63,814 bases of DNA, filler included, from Choristocarpus tenellus KU-1152 (GCA_964200185.2; 9 parts of 9 records of this genome joined end to end with filler, not necessarily neighbours in it); one strand, 5' to 3'; positions 25,201 to 39,036 are shown, counted from the whole stretch's first letter. Translations and numbers: made by a program. The notes: a model not told the origin generated them from the sequence alone.

Positions 25201-28200
25201 TTGGGGGCCAAAATCCAATGTTGCGATTTCGATGTAATTTTGACAATTGTATTTGTTAGGAAGTGTCAATATCCTTGTTCTGCACACACCTTTTCATAAC
25301 GTATTCATTTTATCAACTCCAAAATCTTTTGGAGTAGGTAAAACATCATAAATACCTCGAGGGAAGCCAAGTCCAAAATGGACAAACAGGGCAAAACTCG
25401 TACCCTCTGAGATACTTTCACTCAGTGGGAGATGATTGGATGGAGACAGGTGTTATATCTGTGGTAGTAAATGTACCGTAAGAGTGGCTTTTGTTTGACA
25501 ACCAGAGGATGAAAAGCGAATGGTATAGCAAATTCAGGCTGAGATATGACACCATCTCATTGCAGGCTTATGGGTTTACATTAGTCTGAGCGTCTGTTGA
25601 GGATTCGGCCTCAATGCTCACCCACAGTCCTCTGTCCCCGTACATTTCACTGCACTCATGATATTGATCTCTTCATCGCCAGGGAGTTTCCCATTGAATT
25701 GACTTGGACTAGATGCACACATGGTTCCCTGCAATAGCACTAAAGGCTTAGAAAGTTGATGATTGTGCATAGATGAGGGTACCTTAAAGATATAGGAGTA
25801 GCACATCCTTCGCTCTTGACAATTTTCTCAAGAGAGAAAGAGTCTCATGTTGCCATACCTTGGACCATTTCACCATACAAGTGCATGTCTTCATTTGATG
25901 AGGGCACAGCCCATCTGTTGTTAGAAAGAGTGTATAATGTGCACTCAAATGCTGACAGGTGTCAAGATGTTGCAAACAGTTGCTTGATCAATAACATATC
26001 ATCGTCCTCTACAATATGTACTAGTATCATTCTAAAAGAAAAAACCTTACACCCATTGGCCATAATGCGTTGTTACTTCAGGTTAATAGGGAATGTTTCA
26101 AGAGAGCCACCCTGACGCAAGATCTACCTCTCTCTCTAAATCTTAGAAAGGGGTTACTTAGGCAGCACTGCCATGGATTTCTAGTTAAATCTTAACACTA
26201 GACTCATACAGCATTTCTTAACTGGTAATATTTTTTTTGAAAATGTTGTTGTCCCCCCTTCTGATCATCATTCCAAATCCATTATTTTTCCATGGTAACA
26301 ATGCAACTGACCTTAGCATTGCAGTAGCTTTGACTATTCCCTCCGCAGATGCTCCAAGTCCCAGCACACCCCTCCACGGCCCCCAGGTTCTTCATAAACA
26401 CCAAATTGTCAGAAAACCTAAAAATTGCATGATAGGCCGTTGGGCTCTTGTTGAATTTGTTGAACATGGTGAAGACAATGAATGTAGGCCATAACTACAG
26501 AGCCAAAAACTCAATTTCTCATTCTATTGAGGCATTGATTGAGAACAATGTATAGTTGTACTTTTAACCAAGATGTACCAATCAAAAATTGAAGTTGATG
26601 CTGTATCTTACGTTGGGGTCCATCGGGATGAGAGCATCAGGCTTGTTGCCTCTCCCTCGTACCAGGCAATATTGTGAATGTTCAAGGGGCCTCGAAAGGC
26701 CAAAGAAATTTCTTCATCAAATGGCGCCAATGCCCCACTAACACAGGTTGCCTGTTAGGGTCGTAATGAGGATTGATGTTGGTCGGGCACCAAGAGTTAG
26801 CATGCTAGTATGCTAAACTCTTAAAGAACTTGACGTTGCCTGGAAGTTAGTGTTCAATGTCTTCAAGTTATATCAAGTTACTGATGCACACTGAAACACA
26901 CAGGCAAATTATGTAGTATCTGGTCAATGAAAAAACAGATGTACAGGACAACACTACACACCTCTGTGACGCATGAACTGTCATAGTTGGAACAGGACAT
27001 ACCAGTGCCATCAAACATGTTAGTGATGTCATCATAGTACCCAGAACCACCAACATTGGTAATCATCACTTCTGTGGTAACATCTGCATCTGGGTCGACA
27101 TCTCTGAGAGACACTGTGTTGACAGCAAGCGAGAGAGAAATATGTAGGAAGAGGAGGGTGATAGTCATTAAACTGATCTAGTCATACTGACGCAAAATCT
27201 GCCACTGATGAAATTCCAGTCAAAAGGTGTGATGTTAAGAAATCCACTCAATCCTCGTCTATCCACCACCCCCATTTACAGCAAACAGAAACAAAGTATG
27301 AACGTAAGAGTCAAAGTGTCTTAGAGGGTAGAGCCACCACCGTTTGGGGGCCAAAATCTAATGTTGCGATTTTGATGTAATTTTGGTGATCGTGTTTGTT
27401 ACAAGTATCAATAACTTTGTTCCAGACACACCTTTTCAGAATGTATACATTTTATCTACTTCAAATTTTTCGAAGTAGGTAAAATGTCGTTAAAAACCCG
27501 TGGGAAGTCAATTCCCAAATGGACAAACAGGGCAAAACTCGTACCCTCGAAGATACTTCCACTCTAAACATTTCTTGATAAACACTAGGCATCAATTGAT
27601 TGTACTTACCCGGGGGTACTTCTATGGACACAGTACCAGTTAGCTCCACACCATCAGTGTTGCTTGTGGAGGAGCGACTGCAGTGCTGTAGGTCGGCATA
27701 CAAGCTGGTAAAGATTTGACCGACAGCAGTCAGTTCGCCCACTCCAGCACCCAGGAGGTCAGACCCGCCAACTCCGACATCATTCCCTCCTCGACCAGTA
27801 AACCTTAGATATATTCATAGATGCCAGTCGTCAAGCATGCCCTTTGAGAGAGACACAAATTGGTACGCATCATGCAACAGTCAGACCCATGTGCCAATAG
27901 GTACTTTAATTGCTTACCAGGCATACTTGTAGATATTGGGGTTTAATTCAAGGTAGGTAAGGGCCTCTGTGATGTACAAAGCCTGTGCCTCCTCGGTCAT
28001 TTGGTCCAAATTATCACCGCAAGAGAATTCAGTTAGCCAGATTGGCATGTTGTACTTGAGGTACCCGTGAAGGTGTTTGTTCAGGTACTTCACCTAACTC
28101 AGACAACAACGCATAGCGGTTGGGTACAAGAGTAGGATGCATGTTTCAGGGTCTCAACCTCTGCTGTAGTCACGGGTGAAGAGTATTGAGGCATTTCAAC

Positions 28201-31200
28201 ACTCTTCAATTGCATAGATCTTAGCTTCAACTACTGCATTAGATATATGAACTCTCAGAAGTTGAATTCCAAGTTAAAACCGCTTAGAGTTGGCTCCTCA
28301 TTCCCACAGTACAAGACAGTAATGTTTCGCCTTGACTCGGTTGGAGAAGAGCCACCAGCACAATAGTGTCACTCTTCCCACTAGACGCATTTCAATTGCA
28401 GAATTTCTTGATCACTCAGGTATCCTACCTCACAAGCATAGGAGTGAACAGCAAGGTGAGTAACGCCACAGCCCCCACTTAGCTGGTTGCATTCTTCAAG
28501 GAACTCGTCCAGCCAAATGTAAGGATTCTGTAATGGCAGCATCAAGGAGGGAACGGCCCAGTTTTTGTATGGTTATACTCAAACCTCATGTAGTGGGGGG
28601 AGGGTGTCGACATGTCCAGCGACCTGTTCTCAAGAGCAATTGCCAAGTACGTGGTCAGAGGGAGGCTCATAATACCCTAATGGGAGGGTCAGGCATGTAT
28701 TGGGGGTCTTTGTGACCCTGTAGTGATTTCCATGTAATCCGAGTGAACGTATCAGATATGATTTCCTTCATCTGGATGCAACTTTATTTTCTCTATCGTC
28801 CAAAAAATGGGCATCAAACTAGGATATTCTACAATACCCCATCAAGTCCCCAATGGACGGCTAAGGATAAACCTCCCCCATCCTCTATGATACTATGAGC
28901 TGGAACAAAAATATATTTTATTTGTTGGAAAATGAAGTAGTGTACCAAAGGGTCTCCTACTGCTTTTTCATTAATGTCCAACTAAGCAAGATTGTAGGTA
29001 GCAATTTGGCGTGTCTGCACATTGTCTGTTGACTGGGTAGGAATGCACAATGTATACAGCAGACTCAAGTATGTGGAGGGGTTGGCAACTGTCCATTCGC
29101 GGCCCATTTCTCCATGTCACAATTTTTTGATGATTTGGTTGCATGCGTTGGATGGATAATGTACATGCACTTCACCTGAACAGGACCCCAATGGACACCC
29201 TGATGTAGATCCCCCCCACACACACACATGCTTTGAGTCAGCAATAAACCACATACCTCTTCTAGGCAATCTCCTCCGCAGAAATTCATTGCTGGAGACA
29301 CTAGACCTGTTCCCAGCTCTTGGGCAACCAATTTTACTTTTGACCAAAGATTGGCTGCTTCAATAGGAGAGAGCTTGGACTGTTGTGAAGCAGGAAAACA
29401 AGAAGTGAAAGGGAGGGATACAGTTTCTTTTTAGACTCTTCAAGTTGCCATGGTATCTTTCTTTGACAGCTTTGTGTACGACAACAGTAGAATTGATTTA
29501 TCCTAGCTGTAGCCCTATCCTTACGCCTTACTGTTACCATCTCATCTTAGCCCTCTCCATCGAGAACGGTAGGTATGTGCAAACAGTATAACCCCAAGAT
29601 CCTGCTGGCACCGTATAATAATAGATGCCAGGTATATGTCCAATCAAAAATATGAATTTATCTTGTCACTGCTTCTGGAAATGGAATCCAAGCCTCACAG
29701 TATAGTATATACCTGGTGGACATAGTTGGGTTCATTGAAGCCTAGCAAGAAAGGTGATGAAGTGTGCAGCGTCTCAAGGTTCTGCAGGCGTTCATTTGTG
29801 AGGTCCCCTTCTCCCCATACCATAGGAATATAGTGAATATCTTCTGACGCAGGAATGTTGGAGACCGCATCAGGTATTATTCCAGGTGACCAGTTATACC
29901 TGTTGGGAACCACATGGTGTTGCTGTCTCCCTCTGATGTGACTTTTTTTGCCTGGATGGTGGATGCTCTTGCTGGGTGTTTTGCAACTCTGGAGCAAGTA
30001 CTGGTGATGAATGAAATATTATGTAGTTCCATGACAAGTAACGCCATGCAAATGAGTAAAAGCATAAAATTTACTCACCACCAAGATAGACCAGGTGAAA
30101 GTGCTTTCATATCACCCATGCTATCGAAAGAGAATGCTACACCTCTCTTGTTCCGACAGCTTGTGGGTTTGGTGGCCATCGGGTCAGGTGAACCTGAGCA
30201 CACAATAGTGGAGGAAACAAGGCAACGCAATAAGCACAACATCTATTTTTGTGGTCTTGAGCTTTATGTGATGCGACAAATTCAAGTCACAACCTGGACA
30301 AGAATTGGTTGCATATTCCCTGAGAAGCAGCTAGAAAATTATTCGAAGTGTGTACTTAGGAACTAATCCTTCGTCATTCCACCAAGAGGACTGTAAGATA
30401 AAAGCCCAGGAAGAAACCGTTCTGTTTCTTGCCTTGTCGTAGTTCAATTTTCCACGTAGACATGTGTGTTCCAGAGTCCTTGAAATTTGCCTCGTGCAAG
30501 GCACTGTCGGTCTTTAGGTAGCAGAGCGCCTCAGTTTCATCGAAAACTGCCAAGGAGCATTCTCTGTTCTCGCAGCACATCTTCGATCATCAATGGGGAG
30601 GAATTCAGCCTCCGGACTTCTTGTTGAAGCAAGGGTGATGAATAAGAATTGATGGCAGAAAAACTTTCTCTCCAAGTGTGCTCTACTTTCCCATTCAATA
30701 CACACCTAGGCCTGACACTCACCCACGAAATACTATTGTAGTATCCTCGCTGCGGCATAGATAGAAGTACATCTCATCATTATGGTAAATTGAGGATCGT
30801 ACGGTGCAGTTGCTAAGATATTTTTTGGTTCGTTGCTTTCCACTAGCTGTATGAAAGGGATCTTCCATTAATAGCAAACATGCGGTGCTGTAGTTAGAGG
30901 ACAATTCACGATGACTTCCCCCTTCACCTTGATACAATGGCTTAGGTCGAAGGCGGTAATGGCATCGTAGTCTCCGAGAGAAAATGGAGTGGAAGATGTC
31001 ACGTCTGACACGCCAATCCCTACAACAAGAAAGGATACATGGTGTGTTAGTCGAGTAGACCTCTTTGATTGAGATATAACACTTCAGAAGTATTGAACGC
31101 GTGTGTATCCAATATCAAGCGGACCTCCTCTATTGAGCAGGATGGAGTAGAAGATGAAAATATCCACCACCTACCCCAATTATCGGTTGCAACTCGCCCA

Positions 31201-31289
31201 CTTGTGGAGCACTCATATCCTTGTGCGATCTTGACTACGCCATGCAGAGTGCCAAACGCCAGCTGCAACCCATATGGCATCGTGCGCAT
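22293..31289 (-). CDS. Secreted multidomain protein PAN/apple - GH128 - TOS1-like glycoside hydrolase - WSC (paralog B; 3' end truncated by contig end)
   Basis: Exons 31289-31175, 31019-30928, 30580-30433, 30193-30079, 29899-29713, 29379-29257, 28527-28429, 28093-27918, 27803-27610, 27113-26962, 26751-26612, 26417-26312, 25728-25622, 25133-24983, 24331-24146, 23780-23595, 23379-23346, 22457-gap. Exons 2-8 have the same lengths as in paralog A (92,148,115,187,123,99,176). TOS1-like motifs: NVGGSGYYDDITNM, GALAPFDEEISLAFRGPL, FELDMPH, DRPAVWALNAK-VFRTAQYGCNC, GCGEFDIVE. WSC-like: YTFVGCFKD...FFGLQNG. One junction (24983) is non-canonical or off by one base. Confidence 0.75.
22879..22986. repeat. 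55-bp tandem duplication (intronic)
   Basis: GGTTGAACTTGA(G/A)TGGAAATGCAAGTAGTTATCTCCAAAGATGTAGAATCTTG occurs twice. Confidence 0.9.
25165..25423 (+). mobile_element. MITE family A (TSD AGT)
   Basis: Full-length, intronic in paralog B, about 30 bp from an acceptor site. Confidence 0.9.
27308..27564 (+). mobile_element. MITE family A (TSD TAA)
   Basis: Full-length, in the intron joining the GH128 and TOS1-like modules. Confidence 0.9.
29062..29239 (+). mobile_element. MITE family B (178 bp, TSD AGCA)
   Basis: Intronic in paralog B, 17 bp from a donor site. Confidence 0.8.
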
Positions 31290-33859
31290 GGCATACACCA
31301 CGCCCAACCGATCTCTGGTGCTGTACGTCAGTCCTTCCAAAAGGAAGAAGCGAAGAATACTCTTTATTCTCTACTTGTGCCAATACTTTCCAGCCCACAA
31401 TTGTTTCCTGATCTTGTGGACTAGAGGTCCAATTCAATTTAATTTTGGTGTCAATAAGATGCGTTTCAGAAGAAGGTTTTCTTCTGTCACATTCAAAACG
31501 TTTCAGTCAATGAATCATGTGACAACAGTAGTAGTGCGTACTATCATTATGTACTGTTACGCCAGGAGGAACAGTAGTTACAGGTATTGAAACACGTAAG
31601 ACGTATGAAAGTTGGCATCGGGGATGGAAATTTAGTTCACCAACTGGTTTTGTCTCAAGGCATTATTAAATACTTACGTACGACGAATGGAAGTTCCAGT
31701 GGGATATGGAGAAATGTGGTACTATAAACGCCTCCCAAGGTGTATACACCCTTCCTGTCTTGTTTTTTTTTCCTACTGAAGTCAGGTAAAGGCCTAAAGT
31801 GACAGGATGCAAAAAAGTCTGTTGCTCTCTCTCCTGGAAACATGTCATACTCTCGTAAGTAGTATCACTAAAACCCTATACCGCAATCCATCATAACATG
31901 GGGGCTGGCTGCTTTATTGAACTGAGTGTTGTTGATATGATATCAAGGGTGAGTGGTGATTTTTTTTCTCAAGGAGGGTGACTTGAAGGTAGCAAAAAGA
32001 ATAAACAAACAGAATATTAATGTTTCTTTTGGGATATGCCAAGGAATTAAAAAATCCTTTCCATCCTAAGGATGCCAAATACCATGGTTCTTGCTCAACC
32101 ACAAGCCATCGTAGGCAACATGATCTGCATGTATCCGTGCTTGTCACCATCCACTCATCATGCACGGTTTTATCACTCAAAAAATACTAGTAAATATATA
32201 CAATATTTGTGTCTCGTTTTGACTGAACTACTACGATCTTTTCATATTCTCTCTCCATTATTTAGCAAGTTCGTGAACAGGCAATCAACTTGGCTCTTGG
32301 TTGCATTGTGAAGCTTGTTCAGCGAATGAATGAAGTTTCTTCAATGATCCAAAACCGATGAAAAGCAATTATCAACAGTAGTTTAGTAAAATGTATTTCC
32401 TATTGCATAACAATGATCACACCTTGTCAAGGACTACTTCAATAGACTGTAGTTTGAACCACTACCATACTTGTTTACTGTAACACTCTTACCTAAGCAC
32501 CTCTTCTTCAATGTGTACGTTCTTCGAAGCAGTACCAGACGGGGCAATATTCACACTTCACAAGGCAACGACAAAGGTCAGCTTCAGTGACCTGGCTTCA
32601 AGTATTAGGTTTGATGATAGCAACACAGGAAGACAAATTAAATGACGAATCACTAATTGATCGGAACCTAGCTCCCAAGTATTGGTATATTCGAAAAACT
32701 TTTAGTTTTAGTCCACGTATTTGTTGAATATCCGATTCTTTCATTTTGAAATTACTATTAGTTCCCTGAGCTACCTTTTGGCCAGGGGTCTGACACAACT
32801 CAGGCAGCCCTGTGAAGACAACAATAGATACAATAATGCCTTGCAAAGCAAATTCATTCACTTACGTACTTTTTTTTCTGGCTGTGTCATGATGTTTAAA
32901 CCTTCACAAGTACATTGTGACCCTAACTATCAAGTATGAAGTATGGAATAAGGCACTTCAGCACCACAAACACTCTGTAGGACATGTCCCAGGTTTAGAT
33001 ATAGCTAGGGAAGTTTCAGTACCCTTTTTTGCTTGATAGAAGTCAAGATGCCTTGTGTTAATATGTCACTATATTTGCATTGGGCTACACAGGCATAACA
33101 CAACACCACGGAGAGCACATCGACTACTTTCAAGCAGAGTGCCAATGCATAGACCTCACCATTCATGATCCAAGATATAGCATAGGTACACTATCTGGAG
33201 AGGACAAGTCTGCCACCCTACGATGGGCACTGTTTTGCTCAAATGCGAATCATTCGTCCATTCCAGTTCTACACAATGGTTTACCCGTCCAAGTTAAAAA
33301 AATGTATGGCAATGCCCCTAGATGTTTCGACAAATATCCAGATTCAGGAAAGGTACAAGTGAGAAATGGACAGTACAGTCAACTGATGTGCTATCATTGT
33401 GCATATATGCATTAGAACAACCACAAGTAATATCCACAACAACAAAAAACCTCTGAACAGGTCCCCCAAAGGTTGGCACAACTCCAGCATATCAGCCCAA
33501 GTATTCACGTCGTTTTTTGACCATTGACATTTTCAAGATTAGGCCATTGGACCTAAGGAGTCACCACTACAAGTTTTGGAAACACAATTAACAAGATCTT
33601 ACCCTAACCCTACTTAGACATCTGGTACTTTGTCAACAAATTCTCACAGGGCAACTTCTCAACTAAACACCAATTATACCTGCATGCTTGTTGCGAAGAT
33701 CAATCCTAATAATATATTTTTCCAGATGCACTATAGAGTAGAAAAGTGCATGTCTGACCCTGTGTATATTCCCAGGCCAATTTTCTGTGAACTGATGGCT
33801 ATAGGCTAAATTGTGCATGTCATGTCTTGGCAAAGAGGACAAATGAGCAGCAGGAAGAG

Positions 33860-36800
33860 TCAGCAGTGCTGCAGGTTAGTGTATTCATTGGCATACACTT
33901 GTCCCACGGCAGTCAGCTCTCCCTTATTAGCTCCCAGGAGATCTGATCCGTTTACCCCAGATTCAGCTCCACCTCGACCAGTAAACCTTAAGGTCAGGGT
34001 AGGAGATAGAGTGGAGGTTACTGGTGAACATGTGGAAGTACCCCAGAATACATCTTGGAATAATGTAGAACCACGATTCGATTTCATAGAAGCATTAGTA
34101 TACGGTGCAAGTTGCATGAACCTCTAATGAGAACTTCCATGGTGCAAGTATGGTACCTACCACGCATACTTGTAGATGTTGGGGTTGATTTCCAGGTATG
34201 TCAGTGCATCCTGAAGGTACGAAGCCTGTCCCTCCTCAGTCATGACCGATGCATTGTCTCCACAAGCAAACTCTGTTAACCAGATGGGTATTCCAAATTT
34301 GGAGTACTGGTGAAGGTGTTTGTTGAGGTACCTCACCTGGGTAGAAACCAATAAATCCGGTTGCAATTTCAAGGGAATGAATTTCAAAAACATTACATTA
34401 GTGGGGGATTCTTGAACGAGACTTGGGGAACCAAGACATTGACGCACACAGATTTTAAGGGCAATCAAATTCTTGATATTCCCCCAGTACCTAGAGCTCC
34501 AAGTGCGACCTCCTAATAAGATGCCACCTCACGAAAATAAAGTGATGGTAGTAGACATTTGTCCAACCTAACATTGCAATTCAGAGGACTACGAAGTACT
34601 CTAGAGCACTACAGAACATCAAATATGCCAAGCCATCCCTCAAGAGCAAGGACCGATGTCATCATTACGAGGTTAGGTGAGGCAGTAGGGAAAATACATC
34701 ATCTTGATACAAGGAAAAAAATAGCCAATATATTGGTGCATGGAATGTCCTTTGTTTCATGTCCTCTTTCTTCACAACCTTACGTATTTCATTTATTTTG
34801 CTATTCTCAGTCAGATTCAGGACCGTCTGAGCCCATAATCGTTCCTGAGTGTTACCTATAAAGTCGTGTTTAAAAAACACTTGGAACAGGTAATTTGGTA
34901 ATCACATAAATATTGCTAGGCCGTAATGCTTCATACTTTAACGTGGGGCAAAATCGAAATTTCAGAAAAAAAATAAATATGGTAGCCTTCATTCTTTCCA
35001 AACGTCCTTCATATTTGTAATTTCCAGTTTCAGTGCACTTTGACACACAAGCACTTTGTCCAAGGGCAAAGTTGCAAAAGTTGTACAAGAGAAGGGGCCT
35101 TACCTCGCATGTGTAAGCATGGACCGCTAGGTATGTGATGCCACACCCTCCGCTGATCTTAGAGCATTCTGAGAAGAACTCCTCCAACCACTTGTAGGGG
35201 TCCTAACATGTAGGGACCAATACACAATAAAAAAAATGAGCACATTACAGACCTGAGAGGGTCTTTAGATAGGAAATCACAAATCGGTGCAAGCACAGCC
35301 AAATAAATGTATACAGCCTGATATTAGCTTGGCTTTTTCAAGCTAGTTACAGGCATTACTTCATTACCACCAGCTTGTGCACAATGTGAGTTCAACTCAC
35401 TCTGTGCAGGATCGCCAAGGATAACACCTACCAAATATGCATATAGCTGACCCCGAACATGACAGCTGTGGAGCCAAAGTATGCGATAGGTACCCAGCAT
35501 TGCATTTTATGGATGCTGACAAATGTGCAAAAGTTGGCCTTTTGTACACATGAGTATAGGGACCTTCCTGAGTTAGTTCGAAAATTTTAAACAATAGAGA
35601 ATTAATCTCTCTCAAGCCTATCATAGTACTTCACCCACAGAAAGAGTGGTGAATTGGAAAAGATGAATAAAAGTGGCATAAATGCAAAACAGCGAAAAAA
35701 ACTGGGAATGTCTTGTTTGACTCGTGCAAAACTTGAAATAGCCAAGTTTTGCTAAAACGACGTTCACTAGCAGTAGTTACAGGCACACACTACCTCGTGT
35801 TTGCCCAAAACCTTGAAGAGGGCTTGGATTGGATATAGATTTTGCACTGTATCGTAACACTCACATGCTTCGTGTATACTATGACATGAAGGACTTGACG
35901 TGAATGTGTTGGAAGTCTATTGGCAATGGGCACAACATGTGTTTTAGAGTATCATTCCTCAGAATAATCAATTCATGTATGTGAATGCCGTGAAATAAAT
36001 TAATTTCGATTTTCCAAGCCAGTGAAATAGTGCACGGTGACAGCCCAGGTGTATACTATTGAAGTACTCAAAATGTGGGTTGTACCTGAGCAACCCAGAG
36101 CAAAACAAATTGTACACCTCGAAATGGACCAGAAGTCTCAACAACGTTACTTCACCTCCTCCACACAGTCTTCTTCACAGAAATTGACAGCTGGAGACAC
36201 CAGGCCAGCTCCCAACGCATCAGCCTCCACCTTTACATCTACCCAAAGCATGGCAGCCTCCTCGGGAGTAAAGTTGGCCTGGGTGCCACACGGTGAAGGG
36301 TTGGCAGCCCTAGATGTGATCAAACAGATTGATCTCACTCCCATAGTGCTACATAGTAGGGTCAAATTGAACCATCAAGGCTCTAACTGGCTTTAGGTCA
36401 ACAGAAATTCCTGTGTGTGATATTATATTTCTTACATCAATTATTACAGGAGAAAATATCTACTTCAAGCATAGAATTGGATACAAACATGAAGAAGATG
36501 GAAGATGGAAGTATCCTTGGACATACGAAAAATTTAAAAGATGCCAGGTTCCTTCTAACTCGAGAAATTTTGACCTCTATTTCATGAGTTAGCTCTCCTT
36601 CCCAACAGAGCTCCAGCAAGATGAGAGAACTGAAGTCACAACTGAATATTTTGTATCGAACAATATTCGTACCTGAGCTTTGAAGTTTGGCTCGTTGAAG
36701 CCCAAAAGGAAAGGCGTTGAACCTACCAATCGCATTAGGTTCTCCAGTCTCTCCTGTTTATTTAGGTCCTTCCTTCCCCAGATCATTGGGATGTATTCCA

Positions 36801-38162
36801 TGCCGTGCACTGATACTTCAGATATATCAACGGAAGTAATACCAGGGGACCAGTTGTACCTGCAGCCCATAATGTGAAAGTCACGTTTGCTGAGCATATT
36901 AGGTATACCTTCCTTGAAAGAGTATTCAAATTGCCGACCTTTAGGAGAACAAACTAGTCAAGGTCTGAGGAGTACACTGCAGATTTGAATGACAACTAGA
37001 TACGCCCTAATGCTAACATCAAGCCATCATCAACTCGATGAAAAGGGCTAATGGGTGGCGCGAATTGTAACTGCCAAGTCATTGCCAAGTTGAGACTGTC
37101 GTACCACCATGACAGGGCAGGTGAAAGAGCTTCCACATCGTCAATGTTGTCGAAAGAAAAGGCCACACCCCTTTTCTCTTTGCATTCGGTGGGCTCAAGT
37201 ACTATCGGCTCTGGCGTACCTGACAATATCATTTCGGAAGGGAGATGTAAGGTTTATGAAGGCGATTTTCCTAAATGCCTGAGGCTTTGAGCAATGTAGA
37301 GTGACCTAAAGCACATAGGATGGCAGCAACTCTACCACAATTTCTGAAATTGGAGAACTGTTGAGGAAATCAGCCATCCATTTAGATCCATATTGGACGA
37401 TGAAGTTTCGCTCAGAAGCAAGGGATAAATTGCGTTATACCTTGGCTTCGTTCGATATACACAAATTCGCCATGGTGTAGGGAAGAAAGCTCTATTTCTG
37501 AACCTTACCTTGACGAGTATTAATCACCCAAGATGTCATATGTTCGTCGGCGTCATGGAAGTGGGACTCCTCCAAAGCATTCTCAATCTTAAGGTAGCAT
37601 AAAGCCTCGATGTCGTTGAATACTGCTACGGAGCACTCCTGGAGCTCACAGCATATCTGTTGTCATCACAACAGTGCAAGGTCCCCTGATATTGATAGGG
37701 GTTGATGCCATTGGAGTATCTTCGTTGCGAGAATGCGCGTTCATCACGGCACATATGTACTCTACTCTGATTGATCTTTACAGATGCTATAGTTTTAAGA
37801 AGTTCAGTCCGTGAGTCCAATGGTAGTTGATTCTAACCTTGAGGCAATGGCTGGCATCAAAAGCGACAACACCTCCATAGTCATCGATGGGAAATGCGGT
37901 TGAGGACGAGAGATCCGCAATACTCTCCCCTGTGGCAAAGGACAAGCGAAAGACAATGTGGACAGCATGTTAGACCCGCATTACCATTTCGACACATGGG
38001 CACTTGCTCCACTCGAACAAACTGGTGGAAGTGTCATGTCTCACCCCAGTTATCGGTGTTCGGCCGAGTCGAAGAGGAACATTCGTAGGCACTAATTCCA
38101 ACCATCTGCAGCATAACTGCCGCCATAAACAGCAGTCGAGTGCAAGGAAGCATGACAACCAT
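33860..38162 (-). CDS. Secreted PAN/apple + GH128 endo-beta-1,3-glucanase (paralog A, complete, 9 exons)
   Basis: Exons 38162-38045, 37929-37838, 37656-37509, 37219-37105, 36859-36673, 36278-36156, 35202-35104, 34336-34161, 33986-33860(TGA). Signal peptide-like start MVVMLPCTRLLFMAAVMLQMVGISA; PAN-type HCLKICC..ECSVAVF..CYLK; GH128 motifs KRGVAF, SWWYNWS, YIPMIWG, LLGFNEPN, AVHAY, PIWLTEF, KYAWF. Confidence 0.85.
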
Positions 38163-39036
38163 CCTGGGTGCACGATATCTAATTACTAGAAAGAAAGCTC
38201 CACGTCACACTGCAACCAACCACACCCACAACTGACCACTCTCCCTAAAAGGTCACAGGGACACCAGAACAAGGGAGTAAAGGAGAACAAGAGAACGCAG
38301 TGGCAAGTACTTCAACCCCACACGCCCTTGAACGGTCTCTTGTGATACAGGAGTTTGTAAGAGAAGGACTAAGTTCTTCTACCTGGAGTATCACTTTTGA
38401 CCGTTCATAGTTTTCATTTGATATTCTCATTATCACTGGTAGGAGAAACTGGTAGTGTAAGTTATCCTACACATCACACAACATAATTTCAAGTTTTTTT
38501 TTAGAGACAGTAGTATTGGAACTATTTACTAGTTATAGAATAAAGGTTATATATTCCGAATATTAAACGTTGGAATTGGTAGTTTGTAGACGGCTGAACA
38601 AATAAGCAGAAAATGAGTTCTCAAATGCGTTTGACTTTTTTATGTAAATGTAAATTATTAGAGGACAAATATAATAATTAAGGGAAAAATAACTTCTCAC
38701 ACATCCTTCCAATACTACAAGAGTACAAATAAGAGAGGTCGATATAAGAGAAAACGGGATATAAGAGAGGGTAATTGCCTTGTAACAAATTTTCAGTGTT
38801 TTCCTCCAAATTCTCTCTTGTATATATATTCTCTCTTGTACCGAGCAATTTTTTTTTTTCACTACTTAATCGAGGGGTTTCTCAAAACCCATGTCTAAAG
38901 TTAAGCAAAATATAACAAAGGCACAAAGCTGCTCGACACCAGCAGGACACAACATAGTATTTTGTCTCTCAGTACTGCACAGTAGAGTATATACAGTATA
39001 TCAAATCAAGGGTTAGACGACTGTATACTGTACTCC

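Noticed and set aside
22293-38162. One giant gene with two PAN-GH128 units
   Set aside because: Paralog A has a stop at 33860-33862 and paralog B has its own ATG and signal peptide-like start at 31289.
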